From Folioceros fuciformis (taxonomy: Eukaryota): a stretch of 39,113 nt of DNA. The notes below the pieces were generated by a model. It saw only the letters and a program-made list of their open reading frames with translations. It did not search any database and was not told where the DNA came from. This document shows positions 11,968-24,439 of this stretch, piece after piece; the stretch's first letter is position 1; each line of letters starts with the position of its first letter. Both the position numbers and the translations under genes were made by a program. The DNA is taken from NCBI GenBank assembly GCA_049999805.1, contig JBNGIO010006002.1:106769-145881 (forward strand). Reading direction: 5' to 3'.

Positions 11968-14900
11968 TTACGTCTGGGAATCAAACGGCTTCAGAGTCTC
12001 CAAGACCATAACCAGTGGATGAAAACACGTGGAACCCCCGCAGGCGGCCTCACTGTCACTCGGCATGCAGGATTTCTCTCCCCGGAAACTTCTCCAACAT
12101 CTCCGACAAGCTCTCATAGCTGAAACTCGAGAACCAAGTATAAGGTCATTCAGCGTGTCTGCTACTGTAGGTGACCCATGAGATTTCCAAGTCTCTTCTA
12201 GAAAACGTTTCACGGCAACCCTAACATTCTCCAGACATGCCGCCGTGCACTCTTTATTCTCGCCCTTGGTATTTAAACCGCTTTCGGGGATAGGCTTGAC
12301 TTCATTGTCTTGCCCATGTCCAAAATCTGGTCCCTTAAAACTAGGCTCATCATCAACATGCATGGACCCAAGTTCTCCAAGGTGCTCATCAGTGAGCCTG
12401 GACATAGAATGCCCACGAGCTGACTGTCCAGAGTCTACTATCACCTGAACCTCTGGCCCACGAGACCCGTTTTGGGATCCCGCAGTGGGGACCTGAAATA
12501 CATTTCCACTCTCACTGAGCTGAATCCTGCCTGTAGCAGCCAATCCTGCACTTTTTTCCAACCTGTATGCAGCACAAGGAGTTGCAATAAGACCCCGATC
12601 CGAAATTCAGGTGAGTTAACACAACGAGCAAGCCAATGTGCTTGACGCAAACAATTACCTGCGCAACTCATGAAGCCAAGCACCCATCATATCTAAGAGC
12701 GCAGCAGCTTGTGTTGAAAGAGGAAAGTATTTCCAGCGGTTTGCTCCACTTTCAAGACTCCTGCTAATTCTTGTGAAGAGGGCCTCAATAACAGTCCTGG
12801 TATCGTTAACAACTTCAGTTCCTGTTATATAGAGACCCTTATAAGCAGCCAAGCCCACAGCAACAATACCAGTGACTATTAGCCCCTTCCCCTCGTCAGT
12901 GGCATTACTCCCGTCGCTACGAACCATCTGTCGAGCAAACCTTCGGCAGTACTCATCCAAATTAGAGCTGCCTGTTTGACAGCTATCCTGGATAATTGCT
13001 GTTGGTCCAAGTTTTAGTTTAGAGGTTGCCTGCCTCAACAGAGAAAATTGGGGGTGCTGGAGAAGCTGAAACCCACAATAGCTGATTGCAGTGATGAGAA
13101 CCCCCTGGTCTGCAGACAATGGTCCATGCAGATGGCTTTTCTTTTGTTCAAGCTGTTGAATGTGCCTCTGATGTACATCTTGAGTCTCATTTTGAGCACG
13201 TTTAGGACTGACCTTCAGAGAGCATAAAGTATTCACCAGTGTGCTTTCAGGGCTTCCGTTGTCGCCAACAATATTAGTTTGTTCCACTACTACACTCTGG
13301 TCCACATCCGAACACATTTTTCTTTCTTCAGGCTCTCCAATCGTCAAACCTGTAAACTGCTCTCCACACGCTTCTCTTCCTATGACATTTAAATTGTCAG
13401 GAGGGATGCAGTCATCTCTGTCAAGTATCCCGTTGAAACCACGGACTTTCTTCAACAGCTTCAGGGCCAAAGCTGACGTGATTTCTTGTGAAGCTATGTC
13501 AAGAATCTCGTCAACTTCTTTAACCTCAGGAACTTCCACAACCGCCGACGGCCATAGCTTTGAACCAGAAGGGTGGGACCTTCCTGTGCAACTATGGAAG
13601 AAATCAAGTACTTCATGAGGATGATTGCTGACGCACCTTTCGCTTGTAGCCTGTGACAACAGCAGGTGACTAATCTTAATAAGGACAACGATTGCAATAC
13701 AAGGTGGAACATCAACATAAGAAAGGTAGCTCTTACAAGAAGAAAGATTGGTTTGGCGTGACATGCTGACTTCATAAATTGCGTGAACACCTTCCATTGT
13801 GCTGTTGCAACCGTGGTGGACCCCACATCCGACCTTTCAGCAAAACTGTGTCGTTGCTCCTCATGTTCACAATCACAAGAAAGCATTGAAATATCTTCCT
13901 TACACTCGGAAGCAACGTCCTCGAGTGCCCATTTGTCAAACTCTGGCATAAAGATGATGAGCGGGGCAGAGCGTACTGCGTCACCTGCGCGATAAACACA
14001 GCTTTTCTTAAGGATGCAGCCAGAGTAACCATAGCTGCTGCCATGAATACTCGTTCCTGCATCCTATCCAGGCAGAAAGGAACACTCACCAAGAATCAGC
14101 AACAATCCATCAGTGATGATGCCATTCCCTTCTTGCAGCATCGTGGGCAAGCTTAGTATCCGAACTTGCAAGAAAGACTCAAAACCATGAAGGAGAGCAG
14201 CTGCCACAAGTCTCTGTCCTCCTTTTGATTTTCCTGCGATTAACACGTTCACCCTATCTTGCAACCAATGCCTTTGGGCAGGAACGGGTGATTGATTCTC
14301 GTCCAGGGGGTTTTCATGCAGCTCAGTTCTCAAAACACTGGCGCCAACATCAATGGCACAGTCCTTCCCTCTTGTCCCTGAACTTTGAGCTGTCCCTGGC
14401 TCGGACACAAATTGCCATCCCTTGGCACTGCTTACAATACCTGCTTCAAACAAAGCTAATTTCAGAGCAGCTCTACTGGAATCTGGATCGAGATGCCACA
14501 CTTGGAGGAAGGACGACCAGTTGGCTGGAATATGGTTACAACCTGACCCATCATGTGTAGCAGCTGCTGTCATGCTTTTTCTAACCAGCATGACCACTTC
14601 CTTGAGTGGAGAAGGTAGCAACAGTCTACGATCAAGATGAAGAGAAAGTAGCACCTCTACTACAGATGGTAGCAGAAGAGAGATCATGTGGTTGGGAAGT
14701 GGTTGAGCCTGAACAGTACCACAAGCTGAGATGGCTACTCTTCGCGAACATGGAGGTGACAAGTGAGTAAGGGCCAATGCCCAGTCCGAAGCCCTAACTT
14801 GCACAGTCGAAAGTTCGGGCAAGTCAGTTGGGGCATTGCCTTTTTGGGCAGAGTCAATCAGCTGGACCAGTGGACAAACTCGCCTCAGAGCTGTCATTGT

Positions 14901-17900
14901 AGCTTCCACACACAGTGCCTGCAAGTCTGCGCCAGCAAATCCCACTGTCACTCTAGCAACAGCTGAGAGAAGTCTTTGAGATGGGCATGGTATCCACTTC
15001 CGCGTATGAAGAGCAAGGATTGCTTCCCTGTCTGCAGTCGAAGGTAAAGGGAAGAAGATCTCACGATCAAATCGTCCAGGGCGACGTAGCGCAGGATCCA
15101 GTGAATCAGCCCTATTTGTTGCACCAATAACCACCACAGAACCCCGTGGATTAAGGCCGTCCATAAGCGCAAGAAGGGTCGAAACAACTGAACTATGTGT
15201 CTGATCGTGTTGACCTGATCTGCTAGGCGCAAGCCCATCAATCTCATCGAAGAAAATAATGGCAGGCTGACATTTCTCTGCCGTCTGAAACAGAAGTCTT
15301 AGCTGCCGTTCCGAGTCCCCAACATATTTGCCTAGGCAATCTGCACCCTTCCGTGCAAAATATGCCACCTTGTAACCACTTCGTACACAAGCCCCCACCA
15401 TTGCACGAACTGCATGAGTTTTCCCAGTTCCTGGATGACCATGCAGAAGAACTCCACGAGGAGCTGATACCCCAAGTCTTCTGTAAATATCAGGGTACAG
15501 AAGAGGCAATATAACCACCTCCTTTAGAGACTGTATGACCTCCTGTAAACCTCCCACAGACTCCCAGCCTTCTACGCGGGATGCAACATCTTTGTTTTCT
15601 GACAGTGCACCAAGATGCACCGGAGCAACTCTGGCAGTATCCCGCTGCAGGCGCTTCCGTTCCCGTCTCAGAAACTCTTCATCTTCTGTTGTGGCTTCAA
15701 ACCATTTCTCTTCTGCCTCTATATCTTTTAATCGGGCAGATGCAGCAGCAATCCTCCTCTCCCGAACCATTTTGGAGACCCCAATCTCATGGAAAGCTTT
15801 TTCATCTTGAAGATGACGACTAGCTTGATTGCCACCACGGCCTGTCTTTGTCTGGCACCAAGGGTGCAGCAAATACATATGATCAATGCAAAGCATAGCG
15901 TACTTTTCGTGATCAAAGACGCATCCCTCAAGTCGTGCACATGGCTGCAAATGCAGATCACAAACATGTTAGCTAAGGGATGACCCACAGGCAGGGAAAC
16001 TGCAAACAGGTACACCTTCATTCTGCACATACCAGGTGAAATGTGCGTGGACAGTGCTCCATCGAGCACCCAATAGTGGCTCCGGGTCGATTGCACGATG
16101 TGCACCTCAATAGGCGACCTCGACGAAGTGCAGCTTTCACATTCTTCATCCGTCCAACTCCAGACATATAGACCTACGTTGGCAGGGCGTAAACATTATT
16201 GCAGACATGAAAACGAGGTCTCGCGGGAGAAGCAAAAGCTTTTTTTTTTCCCCCTGCTGGAGCGTACAGTGCTACACACCTCAGGACTCCAGATGGCACA
16301 CTGTCGGTGAACCCAGACTCCCTTCACTCCAGTGCGTGGCGTGATAGGGCCAAGAAGTTCTCCCAACCATCCTTCACAGTTTTGAAATCCTGGTCCCTTG
16401 TCAAGGATAGACCTCCCATGCAGAACTCTCCCTTCTTCCACTGCTAGTGTCCTAGGAGGGCATCCATCACTGCTTCCTCCACAAAGACCACACTTTAAGC
16501 TTTTCATACTGGCAGGGCCCAATCTGCCAGCACTACTGCCATCTGCATCATCAAATCTCTTGCTCGCGATTCTTGTGTCTGCCCTTGAAGTGTCCTTCCC
16601 TGTCCCGATTCCTGTTCCATCCAACACAAACTTGTCAGACTTCACACCTTTCTATGAAGAAAAGCACCACCTTTGACATCCATGTCTACTTGCGCTGACT
16701 TGTCAATGCACAGTGATCGGGGGTTCTACTTTCCAAGCGTCTCACAACGCCTGACACAATATACAGGTGAAGCCTATGACCAGTCAGGTACATCCAAAAT
16801 TCGATCGCATGTGCAAGGGTCACACCAGCTTTCAGTTCCTGCCGTCTTTCCCCTGCCACTAATGCAGCTGGCTTCTCCACTGAGCAGGCCCCTACGCCTT
16901 GCTGCATAGGACGCTCACCCCTTGAGAGACAAGCTTCTGGCAAATTCATCACGATTGCATCAGCGTCTTTAGCCAACGGTCTTTCTCCGATCAAACTACC
17001 AGAAGTAATCTTGGGAAAGCCTGCTCCCGTCCCACTAGGCGTGTCCCAGTGCATGGACTCTTGCACAAGTATGCTCATGCGTGGTTTCTGTACAAGCTCT
17101 TCACTGGATACAGCGGATGTAACAAGAGGGGCATCAACATGACCAGCCACCCGAGTATTTGGATCAGCAATGTGGCCAGAGACTAGAAAGTCCTCCTCTG
17201 CTGGTTCAATGGCACGTTTTGTCTCATGCCCATTAGCAGGTACAGATGGTTGAAGCTTTGCAGACGATTCCTTGACAGTAACTGAAGTAGGCACGGACAT
17301 TGCCCGTTCAGCAGGCCCGCCGCACTCAAGGAAAACTGCTCCTTCCTCTTCAGTCCTCACTATTTTCAGTGAGCCTACACCATCAAGTGCAGGTGCAAAT
17401 TGCAGAACCGTGTCATGAGAGGGTGCTTCATCCTCACTAGCAGAAGGACATCTCACAGGCAAACCGTATTGACTTGCCTCACCGGATGAGACTGGCCTAG
17501 TCTCTGCTATGTCACAGGATTCAAACACAAAGCTGTCCGTCCCTTGACCATGCCTGACGACTTCCTTATACAATATACCGCTCTGAGATTCCTGGACACC
17601 TTTCCCAAGACGAGGTAGGCTTCCATCACTAGCGATCCCTTCCATGCCATAGAGATGCACATTTCTACCTCTCTTTTTCCGACAGTACACTTTCGCACTG
17701 GCGGCATATGCATTTGAAGTCAGGGAAGCGCGATGCTCACCCGACGAAACAGTACCTTGATCACGTGCAGACATGTTCAACGGCTGCGTGGATTTCCTTG
17801 AGGCAGCAACCACATTCGGAGAAGATTGAACGCTTCCCGCCAATCTCGTTGTCCTGCCAGCATCAACCTCCGAACAAATAGGGAGACCATCACCTGCTGC

Positions 17901-19865
17901 TCTAGGTTCCGTGACCACTTCTTTGTCGACCTCTAGCGGATCGTTGCCATCAAGGACTCTGTGGTCATGCACATCACCCTGGCCCAGGAGGGCAGTTGGA
18001 CTGCCACCACGTTGGGTACGAACATTTTCCGACGACGCCAACGCACAGTCATCAGGTCCCTGGAAAGATTTAAAACTCTCTAGCAAGTCTTTTTGCAGCT
18101 CGCTCATTTGCAGATCCCCAACTTGAGGGTGCCGGTTCCCATGACTTGCAGGCGAAGGAGGCTCATCCTCAACCTCTTTCTCCGCATCATTCAAGGGACT
18201 TCCTTCCTTCTTGGGACAATTTGGCTTCGCCGCTACACTACAACATACTACAAACCGCCGACACGCTCCCTCTTCAGAGCAAACCAAAGAGTGCGTACCT
18301 CCAGCTACGTCGATGCCGTCCGCCTTTCCGACACAGTCCGATGCGACCGTTCGATCGGCATCATCGGGCAACCGAGCAGCAACTGCATCCGCACCGGAGC
18401 TCCGTGCCTCCCCGACACCAAGAGACTGGCCCACTATACAGCATACCGACACATCGCCGTGCGCATCAGGCTCGTTGCCATCTCCATCGCCCTTGCTACC
18501 ACCACCTTCTCTGGCACTGCACGACGCAGACTTGTTCCCGGGCCGTGCGAATTCTGTAGCGTGCGACTCAGAGCCAATTCCTCGACCAAGTTGGCCACAC
18601 TCACCACCAGCGACCCGCGGTTCACTCCCTCCCTCGCCCTCCGGTCCCGAACTTGCAACATGCACAGCCCCCCCTGTGTCACCCGTGCCATGCAGCTCAC
18701 CTTCGCCTGGCCTAACTCCCAGTCCCGCAGACAAATCCTCATCCTGTTTCCCGTCCCCGCATCCCACACCTTCAACGTCCTGTGCATCGACCCGGAATCC
18801 GGGCCGGACGCACCGGGCACCCACGCCTCGGCCTTCAAACCGCTCATCCTGCCCTCGCCTCACTCCTGTACAGCCAGCGGAAGGAAATTCATCATCCTGG
18901 AATTTTTGCCTCCGCTCGTCCACCAGCAAATCAATCCGCTTCTCGTCACCTGGCACGGAATCCCCCCGTGCTCCGCCGGGCCCCGTATCTCCTAACTCCG
19001 ACAACCGTTTCTCTATCCTAGCCCGCTTCCTGGGACGGGGTTGAGCATCATCAAAATCAGCGTCGGCTTCTTGCTGCTCGACTCCGCCAGCCACATGCGA
19101 ATCAGCAGCACCAATGACCCTCCCCAATTGGCCCTCCCTGCACCTCCGACCGCTCTTCCCCGTCCCCGACGCCTCGTGCGCCACCTGTAGCCCCACGTCC
19201 ACCCAGGCCGCCCTCCTCCCTGCCTCCATCCCCTCCCCGGGCAGCTGCCACCTCGACCTACTCCTCCCCCGCTGTGTTCGCGGCCCCTTGGCTCCCGAGC
19301 GGGGAACCACCTCGAACTCCTCGTCTTCCTCCTCCTCTTCTTCCTCCTCTTCGTCCTCTTTGCCTTCTTCCTCTTCCTCCTCTTCCTCTTCCTCCTCCTC
19401 ATTCTCCTCCTCCCGATCCCGAGAAGAACGAGGAGGAGCAATGTCCTGCACGAGCAAAGGCTCCAACGTCCCGAACCTGTCATAATTCCTGTACTTGAGC
19501 CTCACGCAATGGCGGAGCCTCTCGCTCCTGCGCTGCCCGAGGGCCTCGGGGTCAAGGTCAGGGTCAGGGTTCTGCTTGATGCGCTTGGGAGGGGAATAGT
19601 CAGGGGAGTAGGAGGCTCTGCGCTTTTTCTTGAGGTGGACATCCTCCTGGGCTTGGGCCCGTCCATCCTGCGCCTGCAATGGAACCCTAGATCTCAATCC
19701 GGGGCGTCTAGGCGCGTCTCCAGGGCCTGCTACGGGGACTGAACCTCGGGCTCGGCCGCGCTCTCTGCTTTGGCCACTGCCTCTGGGCTTGCTTCTGCCC
19801 CTGCCCCTACCTCTCCCTCTCCCTCTCCCTCCCGCCTCCTCCGAAGTTCGATTTCTTGGCCTCAT
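11968..19865 (-). CDS. Extended-PHD finger + AAA+ ATPase, ATAD2/Yta7-related (resembles Arabidopsis AT3G15120/BRP1), multi-exon
   Basis: The N-terminus is long and disordered, with an RG repeat and a poly-Glu tract. The ePHD is split over exons: CGLC...WVHRQCAIWSPE|VYMSGVGRMKNVKAALRRGRLLRCTSCNRPGATIGC..HCPRTFHL|PCARLEGCVFDH..C.DH. The AAA domain has Walker A GHPGTGKT, Walker B IIFFDEID and SRH GATNR..DPALRRPGRFDRE. A degenerate second AAA-like region follows. No bromodomain was seen, and some exon borders are uncertain. Confidence 0.88.
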
Positions 19866-20859
19866 TCTGCATCAGGCAGGCAGGCCAGCGGACACACCTC
19901 ATCCACTCGCGCTTTGGATGAATGCAAAGCGATCAGAAATCCGCGTGACCAGACCAGCCCAGCCCAGCCTCGCGGAGCTCCACAGAGCCGAGCGCACCAG
20001 AGCCCAGCCCAGTTCAGCCAAGGCCTCACTTCGCACAGAATGTGCGAATCCTCGCTCCAGGGTTTCCTGATCTGCCTCAGGGTTTTCCAATTTATACGTA
20101 TGTCCTGGTCGCCACGAGACACACGGCTTCCCAAGGGGAACTAAAGCAAACGCTGCTCCTCATAGGTCGTCGCATTTTGCGCAACATATTTGTGGGTCCC
20201 ATAAGAGTCTGACACTACGCCCATGCTGTCTCATTTCACAGCACAGCCTTTGTATGTACTGTACATACAGTACAATACCTATATGTACATCCCATAAAAC
20301 CCATTGTTTACAAAGTCTTAAAAAAAAAAAAAAAAAGGATCGATGGTTCCATTTAGAGAGAAATTTCTTTTATATAATTCTTAATTCGAAAAGATTAATT
20401 GCACTAAATATATTTATAAAATTATATTATATATAATATCATATATTATAATATCTTAATTCTCTAAATCACAAACATGTCATAAGTAAACTAACTATGT
20501 TTGTGTCCAACGTATTTATATTTATATTTATTATTAAAATATTTATTTTAAATAAGATATAAAAATATAATAATTTTGACTATATGCATATTTTTATATT
20601 AAATTATTGAGATTAAATAAGATATAAAAATATAACAGGTTGTGACTACATGCATCATACATAGCAAAATATAGCTGCATCCAATACATTTTTTATATAC
20701 TTTTATATGTCATCAACATTTTGGAGACAAACTCACATATAGACCAACCTTAGGTGGACTTACTCACGCATAAACCAAGCTAAGACTCTACTAGGCTAGG
20801 CTCCATTAGTGGGCAATGGCTTAATTGCAAAGCTAGGCTCCATCCATTAGTGGACTAGG

Positions 20860-21265
20860 ACTAATAGCCTAGATCCAATAATGGCTAAGGGTTGAGAGCC
20901 TAGCTTTATTAGTGGGCTAGGACTGATAGCCTAGCTTTGTTAGTGGGTTAGGATTGAGAGCCTAGCTTTGTTAATGGGTTAGGATTGAGAGCCTAGCTTT
21001 ATTAGTTGGCTAGGATTGATAACTTGTTTCTATCAGTGGGTTAGGATTGAGAGCCTAGCTTTATTAGTTGGCTAGGATTGATAACTTGTTTCTATTAGTG
21101 GGTTAGGATTGAGAGCCTAGCTTTATTAGTTGGCTAGGATTGATCACCTGTTTCTATTAGTGGGTAAGGATTGAGAGCCTAGCCTTATTAGTGGGCTAGG
21201 ATTGATGGTCTGGCCCTATTAGTGGGCTAGGATTGAGAGCCTAGCTTTATTAGTGGGCAAGGACT
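20860..21265. repeat. 31-bp minisatellite with internal palindrome and a 62-bp higher-order dimer
   Basis: About 13 units of ATTAGTGGGCTAGGATTGAGAGCCTAGCTTT. The middle units alternate with an ATTAGTTGGCTAGGATTGATAACTTGTTTCT variant. More degenerate units lie on both sides. Confidence 0.9.
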
Positions 21266-22075
21266 TAATTGCAAAATAAAACTCCATTGGTGGACAAGCT
21301 TTGGACATAATTGCAAAGCTAGGCTCTAATATTAATGGGCAAGATTGGCCTACCTCCATAACTAAAGAAAAGCTTTGATGGGCAAAGATTGAAGGTCTTT
21401 GTGTTGAAATGCCATCTTATTCCTTTTGTGTTGATGGATCATTGGAAATTAGCATCGAATCCTTCTGGGTTGATTAGCTCATATGTGGAAATGGAGTGAC
21501 TTATTTGCATAGAGTTGATGCCTGTGTGTGAAAATGAGGTGACCCATTTCTTTTAGGCTTACGGAGGCTATTTGGCGAAATGACACCCCATTTCTTCTGG
21601 AATGATGCTCTTTGCAAGAAACTGACATGAGGCACAATGGAATGACACACAATGTCAAAATGGTTAGAGCTTCCATTCCTAAACACTATACTAAATCTTT
21701 TCACATATTACCATCACCCTACATGCAAAATGGCAAGGTTGTTGGAGCTTCCAACCTTAAACACTATTCTACACCTTTTTAACCTTTTATAGGTTGATTC
21801 CCTTTGTAATTTCTAGATTAGCAGAGAAAATTCTACTTGAGGAAATGAGACAGTGGATTACATTATACTAAATCTTCCCACATATTACAAATCATACAAA
21901 TCATACTTCCACGTCATTGTTATTGGAATTCCCAGCTCACATGCAATCTTCAACTGATAGTGAACGTATCGAACTTGTTCAATAAATGACATTTTCTTCC
22001 GGAAATCCGCCTTCACGTTATGGTCATTAGCCAAACACCTTATTTTCTTTTGCATTAGTCCCGCATAGATGTGTG

Positions 22076-22866
22076 TGTCATGCTGTTGCTGTATGGGAAA
22101 CAGAGCACCTAAGACTCTATGACTGGATATTGACTAGAGCATCCTGGGCATAAGCCCTGAATGCTGAAATGACTAGATACTGACTGGAGCATCTCGGGCA
22201 TAAGCCCTGATGCTGAAGTGCTTGATGATGTCATGTACATGGCCCATGGATGGCCTGCACATGACATGTATGCCATATATGCATGTGTGCCATGTATGCA
22301 TGCATATGGAGATGAAGGATGACATGTGATGTATGTGGACATGTGGCAGGTGATGTGTCATGGCGCATGCAACCTATATGCATGGTTGTGCATGAAAGGC
22401 GCGGTGCTATGCCACATATATAGATAGCAGATTTATATTAGAAGATATTAGAAAATACATAAAAATCATAAATCAAGGAAAGTAGGATTATAAAGTGCCG
22501 ACCATCGATACGGGTGGACACTTCATCGAGAACTCCTGGGGGTTTTTGCCTATATATGTAGGCACCCAGCCATGGATTCTCGGATTGTTGATGTTTGTCT
22601 TGTTCCAATAGACAGCCATACTTCGTCCCTGCTGTGTCTTTGTCTCCTAGAGGNNNNNNNNNNNNNNNNNNNNNNNNNNNNNNNNNNNNNNNNNNNNNNN
22701 NNNNNNNNNNNNNNNNNNNNNNNNNNNNNNNNNNNNNNNNNNNNNNNNNNNNNGGATTGTTGCTCCTGGGCCGAAGGCCAAGGAGATCGCAGGCAGGCGG
22801 AAGCTTAGTGACCTAGCTTGGTAGACAGGCTAGGTAGGCATGCAGCTATGCGGCTGCTGCGCGACA
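22076..22866. mobile_element. Solo-LTR-like insertion (TG...CA ends, imperfect terminal inverted repeat, 4-bp TSD TGTG)
   Basis: It starts TGTCATGCTGTTGCTGTAT and ends ATGCGGCTGCTGCGCGACA. TGTG flanks both sides (22072-22075 and 22867-22870). Removing the element plus one TSD restores the host frame (..MEA-H-IYAGL..). It contains a TATATA box (~22551) and a 100-N gap, so the true length is unknown. Confidence 0.75.
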
Positions 22867-22915
22867 TGTGCCTCCATACACTGCTAGTGAGAGTTCTCAG
22901 GGTCCTCTGCAAAAA

Positions 22916-23118
22916 GCCGCTAGAATGCATAAAAACTATGGTTTCTGCCTAAGACGCCGCTAGAATGCATAAAAACTATGGTTTCTGCCTAATACGCCGC
23001 TAGAATGCATAAAAACTATGGTTTTTGCCTAATACGCCGCTAGAATGCATAAAAACTATGGTTTTTGCCTAATACGCCGCTAGAATGCATAAAAACTATG
23101 GTTTCTACCTAATACGCC
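22916..23118. repeat. 40-bp tandem repeat, about 5 copies
   Basis: Unit GCCGCTAGAATGCATAAAAACTATGGTTTYTGCCTAATAC. On the minus strand it corresponds to the GVLGRNHSFYAF coding segment of pseudogene copy A. Confidence 0.92.
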
Positions 23119-23213
23119 AATGGTATACTTTCGTTTCTTCAGTTTTTCGCAATCAAAATTTGCCATTATTGCGCACTCGTTAGGGGCAATCATACACAAC
23201 AAGGGCAGCACGC

Positions 23214-23313
23214 NNNNNNNNNNNNNNNNNNNNNNNNNNNNNNNNNNNNNNNNNNNNNNNNNNNNNNNNNNNNNNNNNNNNNNNNNNNNNNNNNNNNNNN
23301 NNNNNNNNNNNNN
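23214..23313. other. Assembly gap (100 N) with duplicated flanks; other gaps at 22654-22753 and 27025-27034
   Basis: 23178-23213 is repeated exactly at 23314-23349, which suggests overlapping contig ends rather than missing sequence. Confidence 0.85.
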
Positions 23314-24439
23314 CGTTAGGGGCAATCATACACAACAAGGGCAGCACGCCTTCTTGTACAGGTCCCTTCTTTATCTCTCGTAGAAAATGCTTTGCCCATG
23401 ACTCATCCACTTATCTCAAAATAAAATGTCATTTGTTGAACCAGAAGACTTACTCCGGAAGAAAATGTCATTACTCATTCAAATAAGTTGATGTTGATGG
23501 TGACCATGTCAATATGCGGAATACACCGTTTGCGATGCAATATCTCCTTTACGAGATTGATAGGGTCATTGTGCTGCAAAGCCTTGACCCTATCGTTATC
23601 AGTCAGAATAGCCTTCATAATAACGCTTCCAGTAGGAGCCTCTTTTGCACTGCCTTGTTTCTTCTTCCTACCTGCTCTCATAATCCCTAGCCCTTTCTGA
23701 CGTACTGGCGAATTGGCAACAATGAGTTGAAGATCGTCGTCATATGAGAAAGAGTCTAAATCCTCATGATGACTCAACATTTCTTGCCGGATGGCATGCG
23801 ATGTTTTCCCTAATGCATCCAGGCTTTCCAACAATGTGTCTACACTCGCTTTCTTTGAGATGTTGGACGACTGCTTTAATGCACCTTCCCTTGCAATGTC
23901 TTGGAACATGTTGTCATCGTCGTCATCTTTGGTTGGATGGTGTTTGGGATCTTTGTCTTCTTGTACTTCCTCATCTTCCTACTGACCACTATCGGCATCG
24001 TCGTTTACTTCTTCATCTTCACCTTCCAAATATCTCTTTGTATCCATCTCCATGAATGCTCCAAGGTCGAGATGGACTCCACCTGGTGCAGATGATAGTT
24101 CACGACAACCTGTTGCAAATTGATTTCGGCGAGCGTCAACATCATGGCCAGCATTCTATCTGTCTTCATCCGCCTCGTCCGCCATCTTTGTCATAACTAG
24201 GTCCACTACGATCTCTTTCCAAATGAAGTGAAGTGCAGCCTCAAATGTCTGCACGGCAAGATACAAAAAAGTATTAGCAGATTAGAAAGTATTTCCCTTC
24301 ATCGTAAACTTAAGGCCCGAGAGTTCAATATTGCAATGCCACTCCTCTATCATCATTGGTGGTTCCAGCAATGCCCTAGGCCCTATCCAACAGGCTTGGA
24401 GCGCCCAAGGGCGCACCTGCTGGGCAACAGGGCACCCTG

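Larger units (their letters stand above)
21886..24230 (-). pseudogene. Decayed ParB/Srx-like (GxNHS) domain gene, copy A; inverted paralog of 24440-26100
   Basis: Minus-strand fragments align in order with the plus-strand copy: KEIVVDLVMTKMADEA..., LQHNDPINLVKEILHRKRCIPH, HFLREIKKGPVQEGVLPLLCM, VLGRNHSFYAF, AEDPENSH*QCMEA|HIYAGLMQKKIRCLANDHNVKADFRKKMSFIEQV...WKYDLY. It is interrupted by stops, a 40-bp tandem array, an N-gap and an insertion at 22076-22866. Confidence 0.8.

Noticed and set aside
18093-19485. Long plus-strand ORFs (300, 277 and 123 aa)
   Set aside because: Antisense shadows of the GC-rich first exon of the ATAD2-like gene, with no recognisable domains.
20860-21265. CRISPR-like array (palindromic ~31-bp repeats)
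   Set aside because: Units abut directly with no unique spacers, there are no cas genes and the context is eukaryotic. It is a minisatellite.
23178-23349. 36-bp direct repeat flanking an unknown insert
   Set aside because: Identical sequence on both sides of a 100-N gap is best explained as overlapping contig ends.
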